A stretch of DNA of 64,000 nt. Source: an uncultured Chloroflexia bacterium (GTDB taxonomy: Bacteria; Chloroflexota; Dehalococcoidia; DSTF01; JALHUB01). The position numbers and the translations under genes were made by a program. This document shows, piece after piece, positions 10,652-21,941 of this stretch. The stretch is taken from positions 139,532-203,531 of the forward strand of contig CAVSBT010000037.1 in NCBI GenBank assembly GCA_963726245.1, written 5' to 3'. Position 1 is the first letter of the stretch. Every line of letters begins with the position of its first letter. The notes beneath the pieces were generated by a model. That model was not told where the DNA came from. It was given only the letters and a program-made list of their open reading frames with translations, and made no database searches.

Positions 10652-11560
10652 ACCTAATCCCCCGTGACTGACGGGGCCGACGAGATGCGCCCCCTTGGCG
10701 CTGGGAACCGTGACGAGGCTCGTGGCCTCGAAGCCGCGGGCCTGCGCCGCCTCTCTCATGGCCCGCGCTATCTTATTGTCGTCCTCTCTGGTGAGAGCCA
10801 GGATAGTGCTGCCACCGCCCGAGAGGTAGGCGCAGAGGGCGCCCGCCTCGCGCGCCGCCCTGAACACGTCCTCCATGGCCGGGAAGAGCTGGGCCCGCGC
10901 CGGCTGGTGAAGCCGGTCCTGGGTGGCCACGTCCAGCAGATCGAAGCGGCCCTCGCTGAGAGCGGCGACGAGCAGGGCAGCCCGCCCGATGTTGTGGATG
11001 GCGTCCTCGCGGGAGAGCTCCTTGGGCAACAGGCGCCGGCTCTCATCGGTGGGCATGGCCATCTCGGGCACAAGGAGGACTGCCTTGAGCCCGCCGGGCA
11101 TGGTCGCTCCCAGGTGGACCAGGCGTCCCCGGTCTGTCACCACCACCTGGAGGCCGCCGAAGAGGGCGGGGGCGGCGTTGTCGGCGTGGCCCTCCAGCCG
11201 CGCCGCCAGTGGGAGCAGCTCTTCCGCCGAAAGGGGTGCGCCCAGCAGGGCGTTGGCGGCCATCAGCCCGCCCACGCGAGCGGCGGCGCTGGCGCCCAGG
11301 CCTCGCGCCACCGGCACCTCGCCACCGGCCCAGACGGTCGACAGGCCGGCCGGCGGTTGGGCTCCGGCGGCTTCGTAGAGGGAGAGAGCCGCCTTCTCGA
11401 TCATGGCCGACAGAGGGTCCGCGGGCGACGGCAGCGGTTCGGGGCGCGCTTCGACGGTAACCTCAGCCCAGAGGTCCAGGGCCATGCCCAGACAGTCGAA
11501 CCCCGGCCCAAGGTTGGCCGAGGTCGCGGGCACCCGAACCGTGGCTCGCTGTGGTGGCAA
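10652..11560 (-). CDS. thrB: Homoserine kinase (no in-frame stop before lysC)
   Basis: [35 protein letters not shown] and LSGGGST. TTG start inferred from a GAGGA RBS and an extended -10 TGgTACAAT at 11587-11595. Confidence 0.92.
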
Positions 11561-11660
11561 GACGGTGTCCTCTCGTGGGTGGCCCGATTGTACCATCGCC
11601 CCTTCAGTCTATCAAACGTCCTGTTAAGGGTGCGCTAAACTGTATCCTGCCGCTTCCCCG

Positions 11661-11669
11661 TGCTATAAT
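11661..11669 (+). promoter_or_regulatory. Extended -10 promoter
   Basis: TGcTATAAT 30 nt upstream of ATG 11700, which has a GAGGTG RBS. Confidence 0.6.
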
Positions 11670-11699
11670 GCGCCCCGCCGCTATCAGAGAGGTGATGCC

Positions 11700-12020
11700 A
11701 TGTCCCTTGAAGAGCTTCGCGACCTCGTCATCGTCGTCTGGGGTATCCTGGGAATCGTGTTCCTGGCCGTGGCCATTGTGCTGGGGATCGTCGTGGGCCT
11801 GAGCGCCCGCCGCCTGATCGTCACAGTCCGGAGCCTGCTCCGGGATGACGTACAGCCGACCCTGCGCTCGGCCCGCCAGACCGTGGACAGCATCCGCGGC
11901 ACCACCTCCTTCGTGGCCGATACTGCCGTCGCCCCCGTCATCCGTGTCTATGGCATTTTCTCCGGCGTCCGGCGTTTCCTGAGCGTGCTCCTGGGGTTCA
12001 AGAAACGTCGAAGCCGGTAG
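11700..12020 (+). CDS. Small membrane protein (DUF948-like)
   Basis: N-terminal TM plus an amphipathic helix, adjacent to a YtxH-like gene. Confidence 0.7.
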   Translation: MSLEELRDLVIVVWGILGIVFLAVAIVLGIVVGLSARRLIVTVRSLLRDDVQPTLRSARQTVDSIRGTTSFVADTAVAPVIRVYGIFSGVRRFLSVLLGFKKRRSR

Positions 12021-12059
12021 CTCTTCCTGTCGCACGGCCACCGCGAAAGGACGCACTCC

Positions 12060-12434
12060 ATGGAGGAGAACGACAACAGCAGCGAATCAGAAGATGCCCC
12101 GGCGACCGCTGAGGCCTGCTGCCACGGTCCGGGGTTCCTGTTCGGTGTCATAATGGGCGCCCTGGTCGGCGCTGTCCTGGCGACCATCCTCACACCCGTC
12201 AGCGGCGACGAGGCGCGGCTCCGCGCCGCCGAGAAAGCCCCTGAGCTGTGGCGCCGTCGGGACGAGCTGACGCGGGAGGGCCGCGAGAAGGCCCTGCACG
12301 TCGCTGAAGGCGCCCGTTCCCGACTGGCGGAGGCCCGGGAGGCCGCCAAGGAGGCGACCCAGGAGGCGCAGCAGGAGGCCCGCCGCCGCTACGAGGGCAT
12401 GACGGGCCGCCGCTCGGGCCCGCCTCTCCCCTGA
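12060..12434 (+). CDS. YtxH-like protein
   Basis: GFLFGVIMGALVGAVLATILTPVSG.E.R motif followed by a charged helix. Confidence 0.8.
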   Translation: MEENDNSSESEDAPATAEACCHGPGFLFGVIMGALVGAVLATILTPVSGDEARLRAAEKAPELWRRRDELTREGREKALHVAEGARSRLAEAREAAKEATQEAQQEARRRYEGMTGRRSGPPLP

Positions 12435-12439
12435 CCCCA

Positions 12440-13504
12440 GTGGCTCCTCGCATTGTCACGGCGGTGGCTCTGCTGGCCCTATCCGCCCTTCTGGCGGCAT
12501 GCGGCGCCGAAGGGTCGGCGGAACTTGTCGGCCCACAGCCCACTATCGCCCCCACGCCGCGGCCGGCGGCGACCCCTGACGCCCGCTCCGTGCCGGTGGA
12601 GCCTCTGATCCCGGAAGGAGCGACCGTCGAGAGAGTAATCTACGGCCGCCTCCTGCCCGGACAGGGCGAGCAGATCATCGTCCATAGCAGCCGCGACATC
12701 TCCGGCCAGGGCGGGTCCGCCTCAGACGGAAGCTGCGACCGGCAGGACTACCTCCAAATCTTCGCCTTCGACCCGGATTTCGGCCAGTGGAAGCCTCTCT
12801 TCGAGGGCGACAAGTGGCCGTCTACGGCCGCTCCCTTCATTCCCGACCGCGAGGACTCGTCCGACCCGTGCAAGAGCTACGAAACGCTGGACCTGGTCGA
12901 GCTGGTGGACATGGAAGCGGACGGCGGAATCCAGGACCTGGCCGTGGCCCTCGCCACCGGCAAGGAGGATAAGCCCGGCCCGCTGCTGCTGAAGGTGTTC
13001 TCCTTCCGCTCCGGGGCCGCTGAGCCCATCTACGACGAGGCCGCGCCCCACGGCGGCGCCACCCGCATGCTCGCCGGCGGGCGCATCGCGCTGGAGCAGG
13101 GCACCTACCCGTCGAGCTCCAGCCCCCTCTGGCGCGGCCGCTCCAACCCCAACGGCACCCTAACAGAGGTCATCGGCCGGAACGAGGAGTACGGCCAGGT
13201 GGACGTGGTGGAGAGCTCACTGGCCCTCTACTGCCGCCACGGCGCCGTCGACCAGGTGAAGGACGACGCCCTCATCGTCACCTGCGACGCCGACGGCCAG
13301 CAGCGGTTCACCGGCTACCGGCTAAACGGCGAGACGAAAGTGCTGCCGGCGGAGTTCGGCGGGCCCGGCGACCTGCGCGTCGGGCAGGAGGTGTCGGTGA
13401 GCGCGGCCGAGCCCCTGGAGCTGAACGAGGACTGGGAGCTGGAGCCCGTCGCCTCGGAGATCCGAGTCCTGGACCAGCAACAGGCGTTCAGCGGCTTCCC
13501 GTGA
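12440..13504 (+). CDS. Hypothetical lipoprotein
   Basis: Lipobox LLAAC, PT linker and an acidic 354-aa ORF. Confidence 0.75.
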   Translation: MAPRIVTAVALLALSALLAACGAEGSAELVGPQPTIAPTPRPAATPDARSVPVEPLIPEGATVERVIYGRLLPGQGEQIIVHSSRDISGQGGSASDGSCDRQDYLQIFAFDPDFGQWKPLFEGDKWPSTAAPFIPDREDSSDPCKSYETLDLVELVDMEADGGIQDLAVALATGKEDKPGPLLLKVFSFRSGAAEPIYDEAAPHGGATRMLAGGRIALEQGTYPSSSSPLWRGRSNPNGTLTEVIGRNEEYGQVDVVESSLALYCRHGAVDQVKDDALIVTCDADGQQRFTGYRLNGETKVLPAEFGGPGDLRVGQEVSVSAAEPLELNEDWELEPVASEIRVLDQQQAFSGFP

Positions 13505-13508
13505 CAGC

Positions 13509-13552
13509 GAGAGGTGGGAGGCGCCTTTCGCCTCCCACCTCTCTTCTTGTTT
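13509..13552. terminator. Intrinsic terminator between the lipoprotein gene and the tRNAs
   Basis: 15-bp stem GAGAGGTGGGAGGCG/CGCCTCCCACCTCTC followed by TTCTTGTTT. Confidence 0.75.
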
Positions 13553-13557
13553 CCACA

Positions 13558-13648
<91 letters not shown>

Positions 13649-13705
13649 GCCTTCAGATTGAGTTGCCACTTTGTCAATCTGTGGCGCTCAAGCTGTCACG
13701 TTTGG

Positions 13706-13795
13706 TGGCGGAGGGGGTGGGATTCGAACCCACGGTACGCTTGCGCGTACACCGCTTTTCGAGAGCGGCACCATCAGCCTCTCGGACACCCCTCC
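13706..13795 (-). tRNA. tRNA-Ser(CGA)
   Basis: GGAGGGG acceptor, anticodon arm CCGCT-CTCGAAA-AGCGG, long variable arm and CCA. TATAAT on the minus strand at 13802-13807. Confidence 0.96.
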
Positions 13796-14003
13796 GCGCG
13801 TATTATAGCGCAGGCCGCGGTCGGCTGGATGACCGTCGGGCCGCCCGCCAACGAGCTGGCATGCAATCCGCAGGCGAGGCTTTCGAGCCTGGCGAGAGCA
13901 GGACGCCGAGGTCTAAAGGCCCCGGCTACATTGTTCTGAACAGGCTGCATGATTCCAAGCCAGATTCTTCGCTTCGCCCAGAATGACGGTGTTCCAAGTG
14001 GTT

Positions 14004-14705
14004 CTAGATGCGCTCGGCGCGGACGACGAGGCGGTGGCTGTATTGGTGGATGTCTCGGTTGAACGTGCCGGTGCAGGTTATGAGGGTGACGGTGTCTTTG
14101 CTGGTGGGACCGACGATCTCGTTGATGGGGGCGTCGTCGCTGGCATAGGCGACGTTACTCACCACCAGGTACTGGTAGGAGGTGCCGTCGGCGAGGTCCA
14201 CCTCGACCAGGTCGCCGGGGCCCAACTCCTTCAGGTGCCAGAAGACAGCGGGGCCGACGCTGGCGAAGTCCACGTGGCCGGAAAAGACGGCGTTGCTGCC
14301 CGCGCCCGGTCGGGCCGTGAAGTCGTACCAGCCCACATCAAAGGCCGACCTCGGCGACTGCATGGCGCCCTGGTCGTCCACTCCCAGCGTCACGACCGGC
14401 GCGTCGACCCCGATCTTGGGGATGACCAGTCGGGTCAAGGGAGCGCTGCTGGGCGGCGTCGCGGCGGGCGGCGTCTCGGCCAGTTGCCGCAGTCGCTGCT
14501 TGTCCAGGCTGAAGCCGGTCGAGGTAGTGGCGTCGCTGAGGGACGGGCCGGAAGTCGGCTCGGGGATGGAGCCGTCGGTGCCACTGCCCACGACTCCCGA
14601 GAAGGCCATCCCCAGGAGCACGAAGGCGGCCAGGATCAGGGCAACGCCGGCGCCCATGAGCCAGCGGTGCAGGTTCCGGTTACGATTGGCGTAGGAGCGA
14701 CCCAT
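14004..14705 (-). CDS. Class F sortase
   Basis: N-terminal TM; RLVIPKIGVDAPV, PG..SNAVFSGHVD (His), TLITC (Cys) and YSHRLVVRA (Arg). Confidence 0.92.
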   Translation of the reverse strand: MGRSYANRNRNLHRWLMGAGVALILAAFVLLGMAFSGVVGSGTDGSIPEPTSGPSLSDATTSTGFSLDKQRLRQLAETPPAATPPSSAPLTRLVIPKIGVDAPVVTLGVDDQGAMQSPRSAFDVGWYDFTARPGAGSNAVFSGHVDFASVGPAVFWHLKELGPGDLVEVDLADGTSYQYLVVSNVAYASDDAPINEIVGPTSKDTVTLITCTGTFNRDIHQYSHRLVVRAERI

Positions 14706-14796
14706 GCGCTTCTAGCCCTCGAAACCACTAACGGTACTTCATTATACGTTATTACGTCCGATTATGGGTTCGGGACTCGTTGGGCGGCAGTCGCCC

Positions 14797-14864
14797 CGCG
14801 ACGTAGGGACAGAGCTTCCCCGCCGAAGGCGGGTCCGCCTCTGGCAGAAGCTCCGTCCGCAAGG
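14797..14864. repeat. GTAG-type REP interrupted by a 30-bp mini-palindrome
   Basis: Matches the reverse complement of 9375-9412 (1 mismatch), with CCCGCCGAAGGCGGGTCCGCCTCTGGCAGA inserted at 14819-14848. Confidence 0.7.
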
Positions 14865-15026
14865 CAGTTGTAGGGGGCAGACGGAGCGTGCCCCAGAAGG
14901 CCAGCCTGAAGCCTGGCACCGGTGGCTCGAGCCGGCCTCAAGGCAGGCCTTCAGAGGAATGGATAGCGGCCGGGCCTCCGCGACACCCGATCACGCCAAA
15001 TAGGGAACTTCTTGCTCCCGCCCAGC

Positions 15027-15055
15027 GTTAACCATTTGGGGCCGCGCCGCGTTCT
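15027..15055 (+). promoter_or_regulatory. Putative ECF sigma promoter GTTAAC-N17-CGTTCT
   Basis: Same boxes and spacing as the motif upstream of the ECF gene (32262-32290). Confidence 0.55.
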
Positions 15056-15157
15056 TATTGTAGAGCGGCCCTACCGGGCTCCGGCCCGGTTTGTACGGCC
15101 GTTCATCGGTGTGTCCCGGCCCGCCATAGGCGGGAGCGCCGCGGGGCCGCCGCAGTA

Positions 15158-15187
15158 TTGACAAGGGACGCCTGCTGTACTAAAGAT
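15158..15187 (+). promoter_or_regulatory. Sigma70-like promoter
   Basis: TTGACA-N17-TAAAGAT, conserved in the duplicate at 17107-17136. Confidence 0.5.
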
Positions 15188-15284
15188 AGGCGCGGTGGCG
15201 GGAGTAGGTCCGCCTGAGGCGGAAAGGCGCAAAGCGGACGTAGCGTAGTTCACTAGCCCGTCAGGGCAAGGAGGGCCAAGCCTC

Positions 15285-16906
15285 ATGCGCGTTCCAGGGC
15301 AGCAGAGAAAGTCTTACATGTGGAGGTGGACGGCAGCGCTCGCGGGGTTGGCCGTCCTTGGTTTTGCGCTGGTGATGGCGGTGGTGGTCACGCCGGCCAG
15401 CAGCGTCCAGGCTGCCACCTTTACCGTGAACAGCGTTGCTGACACCGGCGACGCCGACGCTCGCCGACGCCAAGTGCGACGTCAACCTAGCGTACATCGG
15501 GCAACCAGTGCACCCTGCGTGCAGCCATCGAGCAGGCCAACAACCGACTCCGGCGGTTGGCCAACACCATCACCTTCAGCTCGGCACCGGCACTCAACCA
15601 TCACTCCCGGTGGGCGCCTATGACGCCCTCGGTGACGACGGCCTCACCATCAATGGGGAGCGGGACCATCGTCATCAAAGGCGCTTCCTGCCATGCTGGA
15701 GGTCGACGCCGACAACGTCACCATCTCGCACCTGATCCTGAACGGCGACGCCGCCGGCGCAAACGGCATCGTGGTGCGCGCCACCAACGACAGCTACCCA
15801 CCTCACCGGCGTCGAGGTCAGGAAGTACACCGGGACGGGCATCGTCTTCAACGGCAACAACGACGACTTCGTCCTGGATACCGTCAATGTCCACGACAAC
15901 ACCGGCGACCGGCATAGACCTGGCCGCTGGTTCTGACGACGGCATCATCCGCAACAGCACCATCGAGGACAACGGCGGCGGCGGGATCTACCTGAACGAC
16001 GGCTCGGGCAACCAGATCCTCAACAACACCATCCAGGATAACGGCACTGGGCCGACACGACGACAACGGCATCGAGGCCACAGACCAGAGCGAGTTGACG
16101 CATCCTGGGCAACACCCATCAGCGACAACTACGACGACGCGATCCGGATCGAAGGCGCCGGCACCGGCCTGGTCACGATCAACAACAACAGCATCCACGT
16201 CGGCCAGGGTGGCATCGACCTCGAGGACGACTGCCACTGCGACGACGTCCATATCAGCGGCGATACCGCCATCCGAGTCCAACTGCTTCAGCGGCTCCCT
16301 GACCGCCGACGTCGAGTTCTACCTGGCAGAACGAAAGCGGCGACGACATCGAGGCCCAGTACAACTACTGGGCCGGCGACACGGACCCCAAAGACAAGAT
16401 ATGTGCCATCGGACCAGAACAACGTCTAATTGCGACGCGAGGCGGCGGTACCGCAGACGGCGACGTCGACTGGAGCCCGGTGGCAAGCTCGTGCGCCGGT
16501 GGCCACGCGTCACACCCACGCCTACCACCGCCACGGGTAGCATCACACCCAGCTTGACGCCCACGTGACGGGCACGCCGCCCACGTCGACGCCCACAGTG
16601 ACGGGCACGCCGCCTACATCCACGCCCACGCCCACGAGCGCCATGGAGTCGGTGACGCTGGCGGGCGGCACCTGCAACCCGGTGGCCAGCACCTACGCGG
16701 ACGGCACGCCCATCGCCACCATCGCGGCAGGCGTCTCACCGTCGGGCATCCTCATCTCCATCTGGTGGTACAACACCGGTTCGGGAACCTGGCTCGGCTA
16801 CTCGGCCCAGTTCCCCGACCAGAGCGACTTGAGCAGCGTGGACCGCCTGGAGGCGATATTCATCTGCGTCAGCTCCGCAGGCACCTGGAGCCGGCCTATA
16901 ATCTGA
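15285..16906 (+). CDS. Secreted CSLREA-like/right-handed beta-helix protein with PT linker and GCNP..RPxI C-terminal domain (multiple frameshifts)
   Basis: Signal peptide ending VQA-ATFTVN, CTLRAAIEQAN, and beta-helix repeats (IIRNSTIEDNGGGGIYL). The C-terminal domain is in ORF 16565..16906. Confidence 0.8.
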
Positions 16907-16955
16907 GAGGAGCGGAACGGGCGCGACTCCTGACGCGAGAAGTCAGGGATTTCCA

Positions 16956-16983
16956 ATGGGGGCGGCCGGTGGGCCGCCCCCAT
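16956..16983 (+). terminator. GC hairpin after gene 15285
   Basis: ATGGGGGCGGCC-GGTG-GGCCGCCCCCAT. Similar hairpins follow the paralogues at ~18912-18939, 20440-20469 and 21658-21683. Confidence 0.55.
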
Positions 16984-17237
16984 CCGTTAAGGCCTGCCTG
17001 CCGGCAGGCAGGAAGATCAGCAGGGAAGGAGCAAGACCCATGCGTGTTCGAAAGCTCACCCCTGCCTCTGGATTCTTGCCCGTCCGGGCTGCGGCCTGCC
17101 GGAGTATTGACAAGGGGCACCTTCTGCACTAAAGATAGGCGCGGTGGCGGGAGCAGGCCCGCCTAAGGCGGAAAGGCTGCGAGAGACAGGACCTAGCGTA
17201 GTTCACTAGCCCGTCAGGGCAAGGAGGGCCAAGCCTC

Positions 17238-18860
17238 ATGCGCGTTCCAGGGCAGCAGAGAAAGTCTGGCACGTGGAGGTGGACGGCAGCGCTCGCGGGG
17301 GTGGCCGTCCTTGCTCTTGCGCTGGTCGCGGCGGTGGTGGTCACGCCGGCCGGCAGGGTCCAGGCCGCCACCTTTACGGTGAACCGGACTACCGACGAAT
17401 CTGACAACGACGTTACCGACGGCGTGTGTGACTGGGACCGGCGACGACTGGCAACCAGTGCACTCTCCGTGCAGCCATCGAGCAGGCCAACGAAGACTCC
17501 GGGGTCGGCAACACCATCAGCTTCAGTATCACCGGCGGCGGCACCCACACCATTACCCCGGCGGGGAGTGCCTATGACCCCATTGTTGACGACGGCCTCA
17601 CTATCAACGGCGCAGCAATATCGTCATCAAAGGCGCTTTCGCCACGCTGGAGATCGACGCCGACAACGTCACCATCTCCCACCTGATCCTGAACGGCGAC
17701 GCCGCGGCCGGAAACGGCATCGTGGTGGACACCCCCAACGACGCTACCCACCTCACCGGCGTCGAGGTCAAGAAGTACACCGGGACGGGCATCATCTTCA
17801 GCGGCAACAACGACGACTTCATCCTGGATGCCGTCAATGTCCATGACAACGGTACGGTCGCCGGGCTCGGCATAGTCCTGGCCGCTGGTTCTGACGACGG
17901 CATCATCCGCAACAGTACCATCGAGGACAACAGCGTCGAAGGGATCTACCTGACCGACGGCTCGGGCAACCAGATCCTCAACAACCAATCGAGGATAACG
18001 GCAGCCCTGACCGCGGCGACGGCATCGGGGCCGACAGCCAGAGCGAGTTGAGCATCCTGGGCAACACCCTGAACGATAACTTCGACGACGCGATCCGGAT
18101 CGAAGGCGCCGGGACCGGCCTGGTGACAATCAACAACAACAGCATCCGCGTCGGCCAAGGCGGCATTGACCTCGAGGCGGGCTGCAACTGCGACGACGTC
18201 CATATCAGCGGCACCACTGCTGCCGAGTCCAACTGCTTCAGCGGCTCCCTGACCTCCGACGTCGAGTTCTACCTGGCGAACGAAAGCGGTGCTGACATCG
18301 AGGCGCAGTACAACTACTGGGCCGGCGATACCGACCCCGACGAAAAGATATGTGCCGTGGATCAGAATAATGTCGCGGACTGTGACCACGGCGGAGGCGA
18401 TCCCCCAGACGGCGACGTCGACTGGAGCCCGGTAGCTTCGAGCTGTGCCGGGGTGGCTACGGTCACGCCCACGCCTACCATCACGGGTACCATCACGCCC
18501 ACCCTAACACCTACGGTGACGGGCACACCGCCCACGTCGACGCCCACCAACACGGCGACGCCAACGGGTCCCACGGCCACGCCGACAACGGGCCCCATGG
18601 AGTCGGTGACGCTGGCGGGCGGCCACTGCAACCCGGTGATCAGCACGTACGCCGATGGCACGCCCATCGCCACCATCGCCGCGGGCGTCTCACCGTCCGG
18701 CATCCTCATCTCCATCTGGTGGTTCAACCCCGGTACGGGTGACTGGCTCGGCTACTCGCCCCAGTTCCCCAGCGTGAGCGACCTTGCCAATGTGGACCGC
18801 CTGGAGGTGATCTTCATCTGCGTTAGCTCCCAGGGTAACTGGAGCCGGCCCATAATATAG
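17238..18860 (+). CDS. Paralogue of 15285 gene: CSLREA-like/beta-helix surface protein (frameshifts)
   Basis: Near-identical leader, signal peptide and beta-helix. ORFs 17238, 17722 and 18048 join, ending GHCNP...WSRPII. Confidence 0.82.
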
Positions 18861-18980
18861 GGGAGCGGAACGGGCTCGACTCGTGAGCGCGAGGAGTTGG
18901 GGGCTCGCGAAACGGGGGCGGCCCACCGGCCGCCCCCGTCCATTCAGGGAGGATAACTTAGCAGGGAAGGAGCAAGACCC

Positions 18981-20408
18981 ATGCGTACGCGAAAGCTCAG
19001 CCGCGCGGCGGCAGCAATTGTCTTGAGCACCCTCGGTGCGGCGCTGCTGGTCTGGCTGGCGGTGGTTCCAGCCACCCGAGTCCAGGCGGCTACTTTCACC
19101 GTCAACGTAACCACCGACGGCGGCGACCTGGCTGCCGACGGTGTCTGCGACTCGGACGCGGCGGGCGGCAACCAGTGCAGCCTGCGCGCCGCCATCCAGG
19201 AGGCCGACGCCTCGGCGGGCCAGGACGTCATCGCCATCGGCGTCGCCGGGCCCATCGTGCTCACCGGCTCGCTACCGCAGATTACGGATAACGGCCTTGT
19301 TATCACCGGGAGCGGCCAGCAGGTCAGCATGACCGCCCCTGGCATCGCCTTCTGAGGTCAACGCTGACGGCGTCCAGATCAACAACCTGGTCATCGACGG
19401 CTCGAACGTCGGCACCACGGGCATCAGGATCAGCGTCCACGACGGATGACCTGATCCTGGACGGCGTCACGTCCGTGGCTTCACCAGTGACGGCTTCTGA
19501 GAACACCGGTGGCGGCGGCCAGCGCAATACCATCCGCAACAGCACCTTCACCGCCAACGCGGGCGACGGCATCGGGTTCACCGGCGGCAAAGATGACGTC
19601 GTATCTCGACAGCATCATCACCAACAACGGCCAGGCGGCCGACGGCCTGGAGGTGTCAACGAGGACGGCCTGGTCATCCAGGGCAACACCTTCTCAGGCA
19701 ACTTCAACGCCCAGATCGCTGATCGGCAGCATGCAGGCCGGCCAGCACGTGTCTATCATCCAGAACAGCATCACATCGGGCTCCGACGGCATCGTCATCG
19801 GTGCGGCGGTGAACGCGACGGCCGCCATCGACATCGGCCTCTCCGTCGCCAACCGCAACGTCTTCCGCGGCGCCATTGCCGCCCCGGCCGAGCAGCACCT
19901 GAGGAACCTGAGCCCCGCCAACATCAACGCCATCTACAACGACTGGGACGCCTACAATCCGGCCGCCATCGAGGGCGAAATCTGCCACGATGGCGACGCG
20001 GGTTGCGGGCCCGGCGTGGTCAACTTTGATCCGTTCGTCGACACGCCCTCGCCCCTGCCCACCATCACGCCGACGCCCACGGTCACCGAGACGCCCGGTA
20101 CCCCCACGGTAACGCCCACGGGGACGCCTGCCGCTACCGGCACGCCGGGAGCCGTGGAGACGTTGCCCCTGATAGCAGGCTGCAACCCGCTGGCCTGGAC
20201 CGGGACCGACAACACGCCCATCGCCACCATCGCCGGCGCCGTCTCGCCGGCGGGCATTCTCGTGGCACTCTGGCAGTTCAACAACGGCACCTGGCTCGGC
20301 TACTCGCCTCAGTTCCCCGAAGTCAGCGACCTTCAGCAGATGAACCGTCTGGACGTTGCCTTCGTCTGTGTGAGTGGCGCGGGCACCTTCAGCCGTCCCG
20401 TGATCTAG
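18981..20408 (+). CDS. CSLREA-domain beta-helix surface protein with GCNP..RPxI C-terminal domain (frameshifts)
   Basis: ATFTVNVTTDGGD...NQCSLRAAIQEA, beta-helix, PT linker, then AGCNPLAW...FSRPVI. Confidence 0.82.
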
Positions 20409-21110
20409 GAGGCACAAAGGGCAGAGCTCACCAATCACGGGTCGGGGCGGTCGTGCGACCGCCCCGACCTTGTCCGGGGGACCCCTCCAAGGGTCGCCCA
20501 AGCTGCCGCCGCGGGACAGGCGGAAATTGTTTCGCAGTTTTTGTCTTTCGGGAAGTCCCTGCACGTCCACCCTCGCCAAGGGAGCCCGCTCACCGCTGCG
20601 TCGGGCTTGGAGCGCTTCCAGACTCGTGCAGGAATCGGCAGAGCTGCCGGGTCAGGTGCGTCGGATCTCTCACGTGTCTTGAAACACTACACACGATGTC
20701 AACCTGCCCTCACTAGAGACAGCGTTACCTTCCGCGCAGCCCAGGGCCAACAGCTACGGACGCGCTCTGCCACACCATAGACGCTCTTCCTCCACCCCAG
20801 GCTCGGCCACCTATCTCACCAACGCCCTCGGCGCCGAACCAAACTCGCCTAAGTATCCACCGACCCCCTGGCACTCTCCACCTCCCCCGCGAAGCCCTTT
20901 CCGGCCTGTGCTGTTTTCACACTACGGAAGCCCATCCTCATCATCGGAACCCCATGAACGGCATGTCCCACCACATCTATGACAACTATGAACGGGTGGA
21001 GGGGTGACGGGCAGTACCTGCCGATGCTACAATCCTTCCGGCCCATGTATTGAGCCACACTCAGCGGCACTATTGTGGCACGCAATCCCCGTCCAAAGGA
21101 GGTGGGCTCG

Positions 21111-21620
21111 ATGGCTCGACTCGCATTAAGCGTTATTCTTACTAGTGTGTTCCTCATGGCGGCACTCAGCATGCTTAGAAATGGCCATGTGAACCCCGTG
21201 GCCCCTGTCTATGCTTGAGGAGGCCCTCCGCCGCCGACGGCGACTTCGGCGGCCGCCACGGGTTCCGTGGCACCCACAAGTACCGTAGTACCCACACGTA
21301 TCGTGGCTCCCACGGCCATACCCACGCAAGCCCCGCAGCCGACATCAGCACCGTCTCCGGGCGCAACCGAGACGGTTCCGCTCATCGCGGGGTGTAGCCC
21401 TGTGGTCTGGACAGGCATACATGGTACGCCCATCGGCACCGTTGCTAGCGCCGTCTCACCGGCCGGGAGCCTCGTCGCGCTCTGGGCGTTTGACGCTGGT
21501 CTCTGGCTAGGGTACTCGCCTCAATTCCCGGAAGTCAGCGATCTGGCGCAGATGAATCGCCTGGACGTGGTCTTCGTCTGCGTCAGCACTACCGGCACCT
21601 TCAGCCGGCCCGTGATCTAG
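21111..21620 (+). CDS. Minimal secreted protein: signal peptide, PT linker and GCNP..RPxI domain (frameshift ~21220)
   Basis: AAGGAGGT RBS and ATG 21111 give MARLALSVILTSVFLMAAL. ORF 21267..21620 carries the domain. Confidence 0.7.
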
Positions 21621-21941
21621 GGGGCATCTGGGCCGGACCTCAGCAACAAGGACAAGTTCGGGGCGGCCATACGGCCGCCCCGATTGATTCTCAGGGAAAG
21701 TGAGCGGCGCGGCTTTGGGCCCGGCTTACCTGCAAGGCGTGAAAAGACGACGCTGCTCAGGCCACTGCAATGTGCTGGTACGTGTGTTCGCGTACGTCCG
21801 CCGCTGCCAGAAGCACAAGCAGGTTGTGTCGCATTTCGTCGCGTCCTGTCGCATCCAGGCGACGCGACCGTCCGAGACCCAGCTTGCAGCGGACTCGGCG
21901 TCGGGTTCGGACCCTGTCAGTGGTAGCTCCTGGCGATGCCG

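Noticed and set aside
15190-15284. Riboswitch (e.g. c-di-GMP-I) in the duplicated leader
   Set aside because: GAAA and GCAAAG words are present in one copy only and I cannot build the consensus structure. It needs an Rfam scan.
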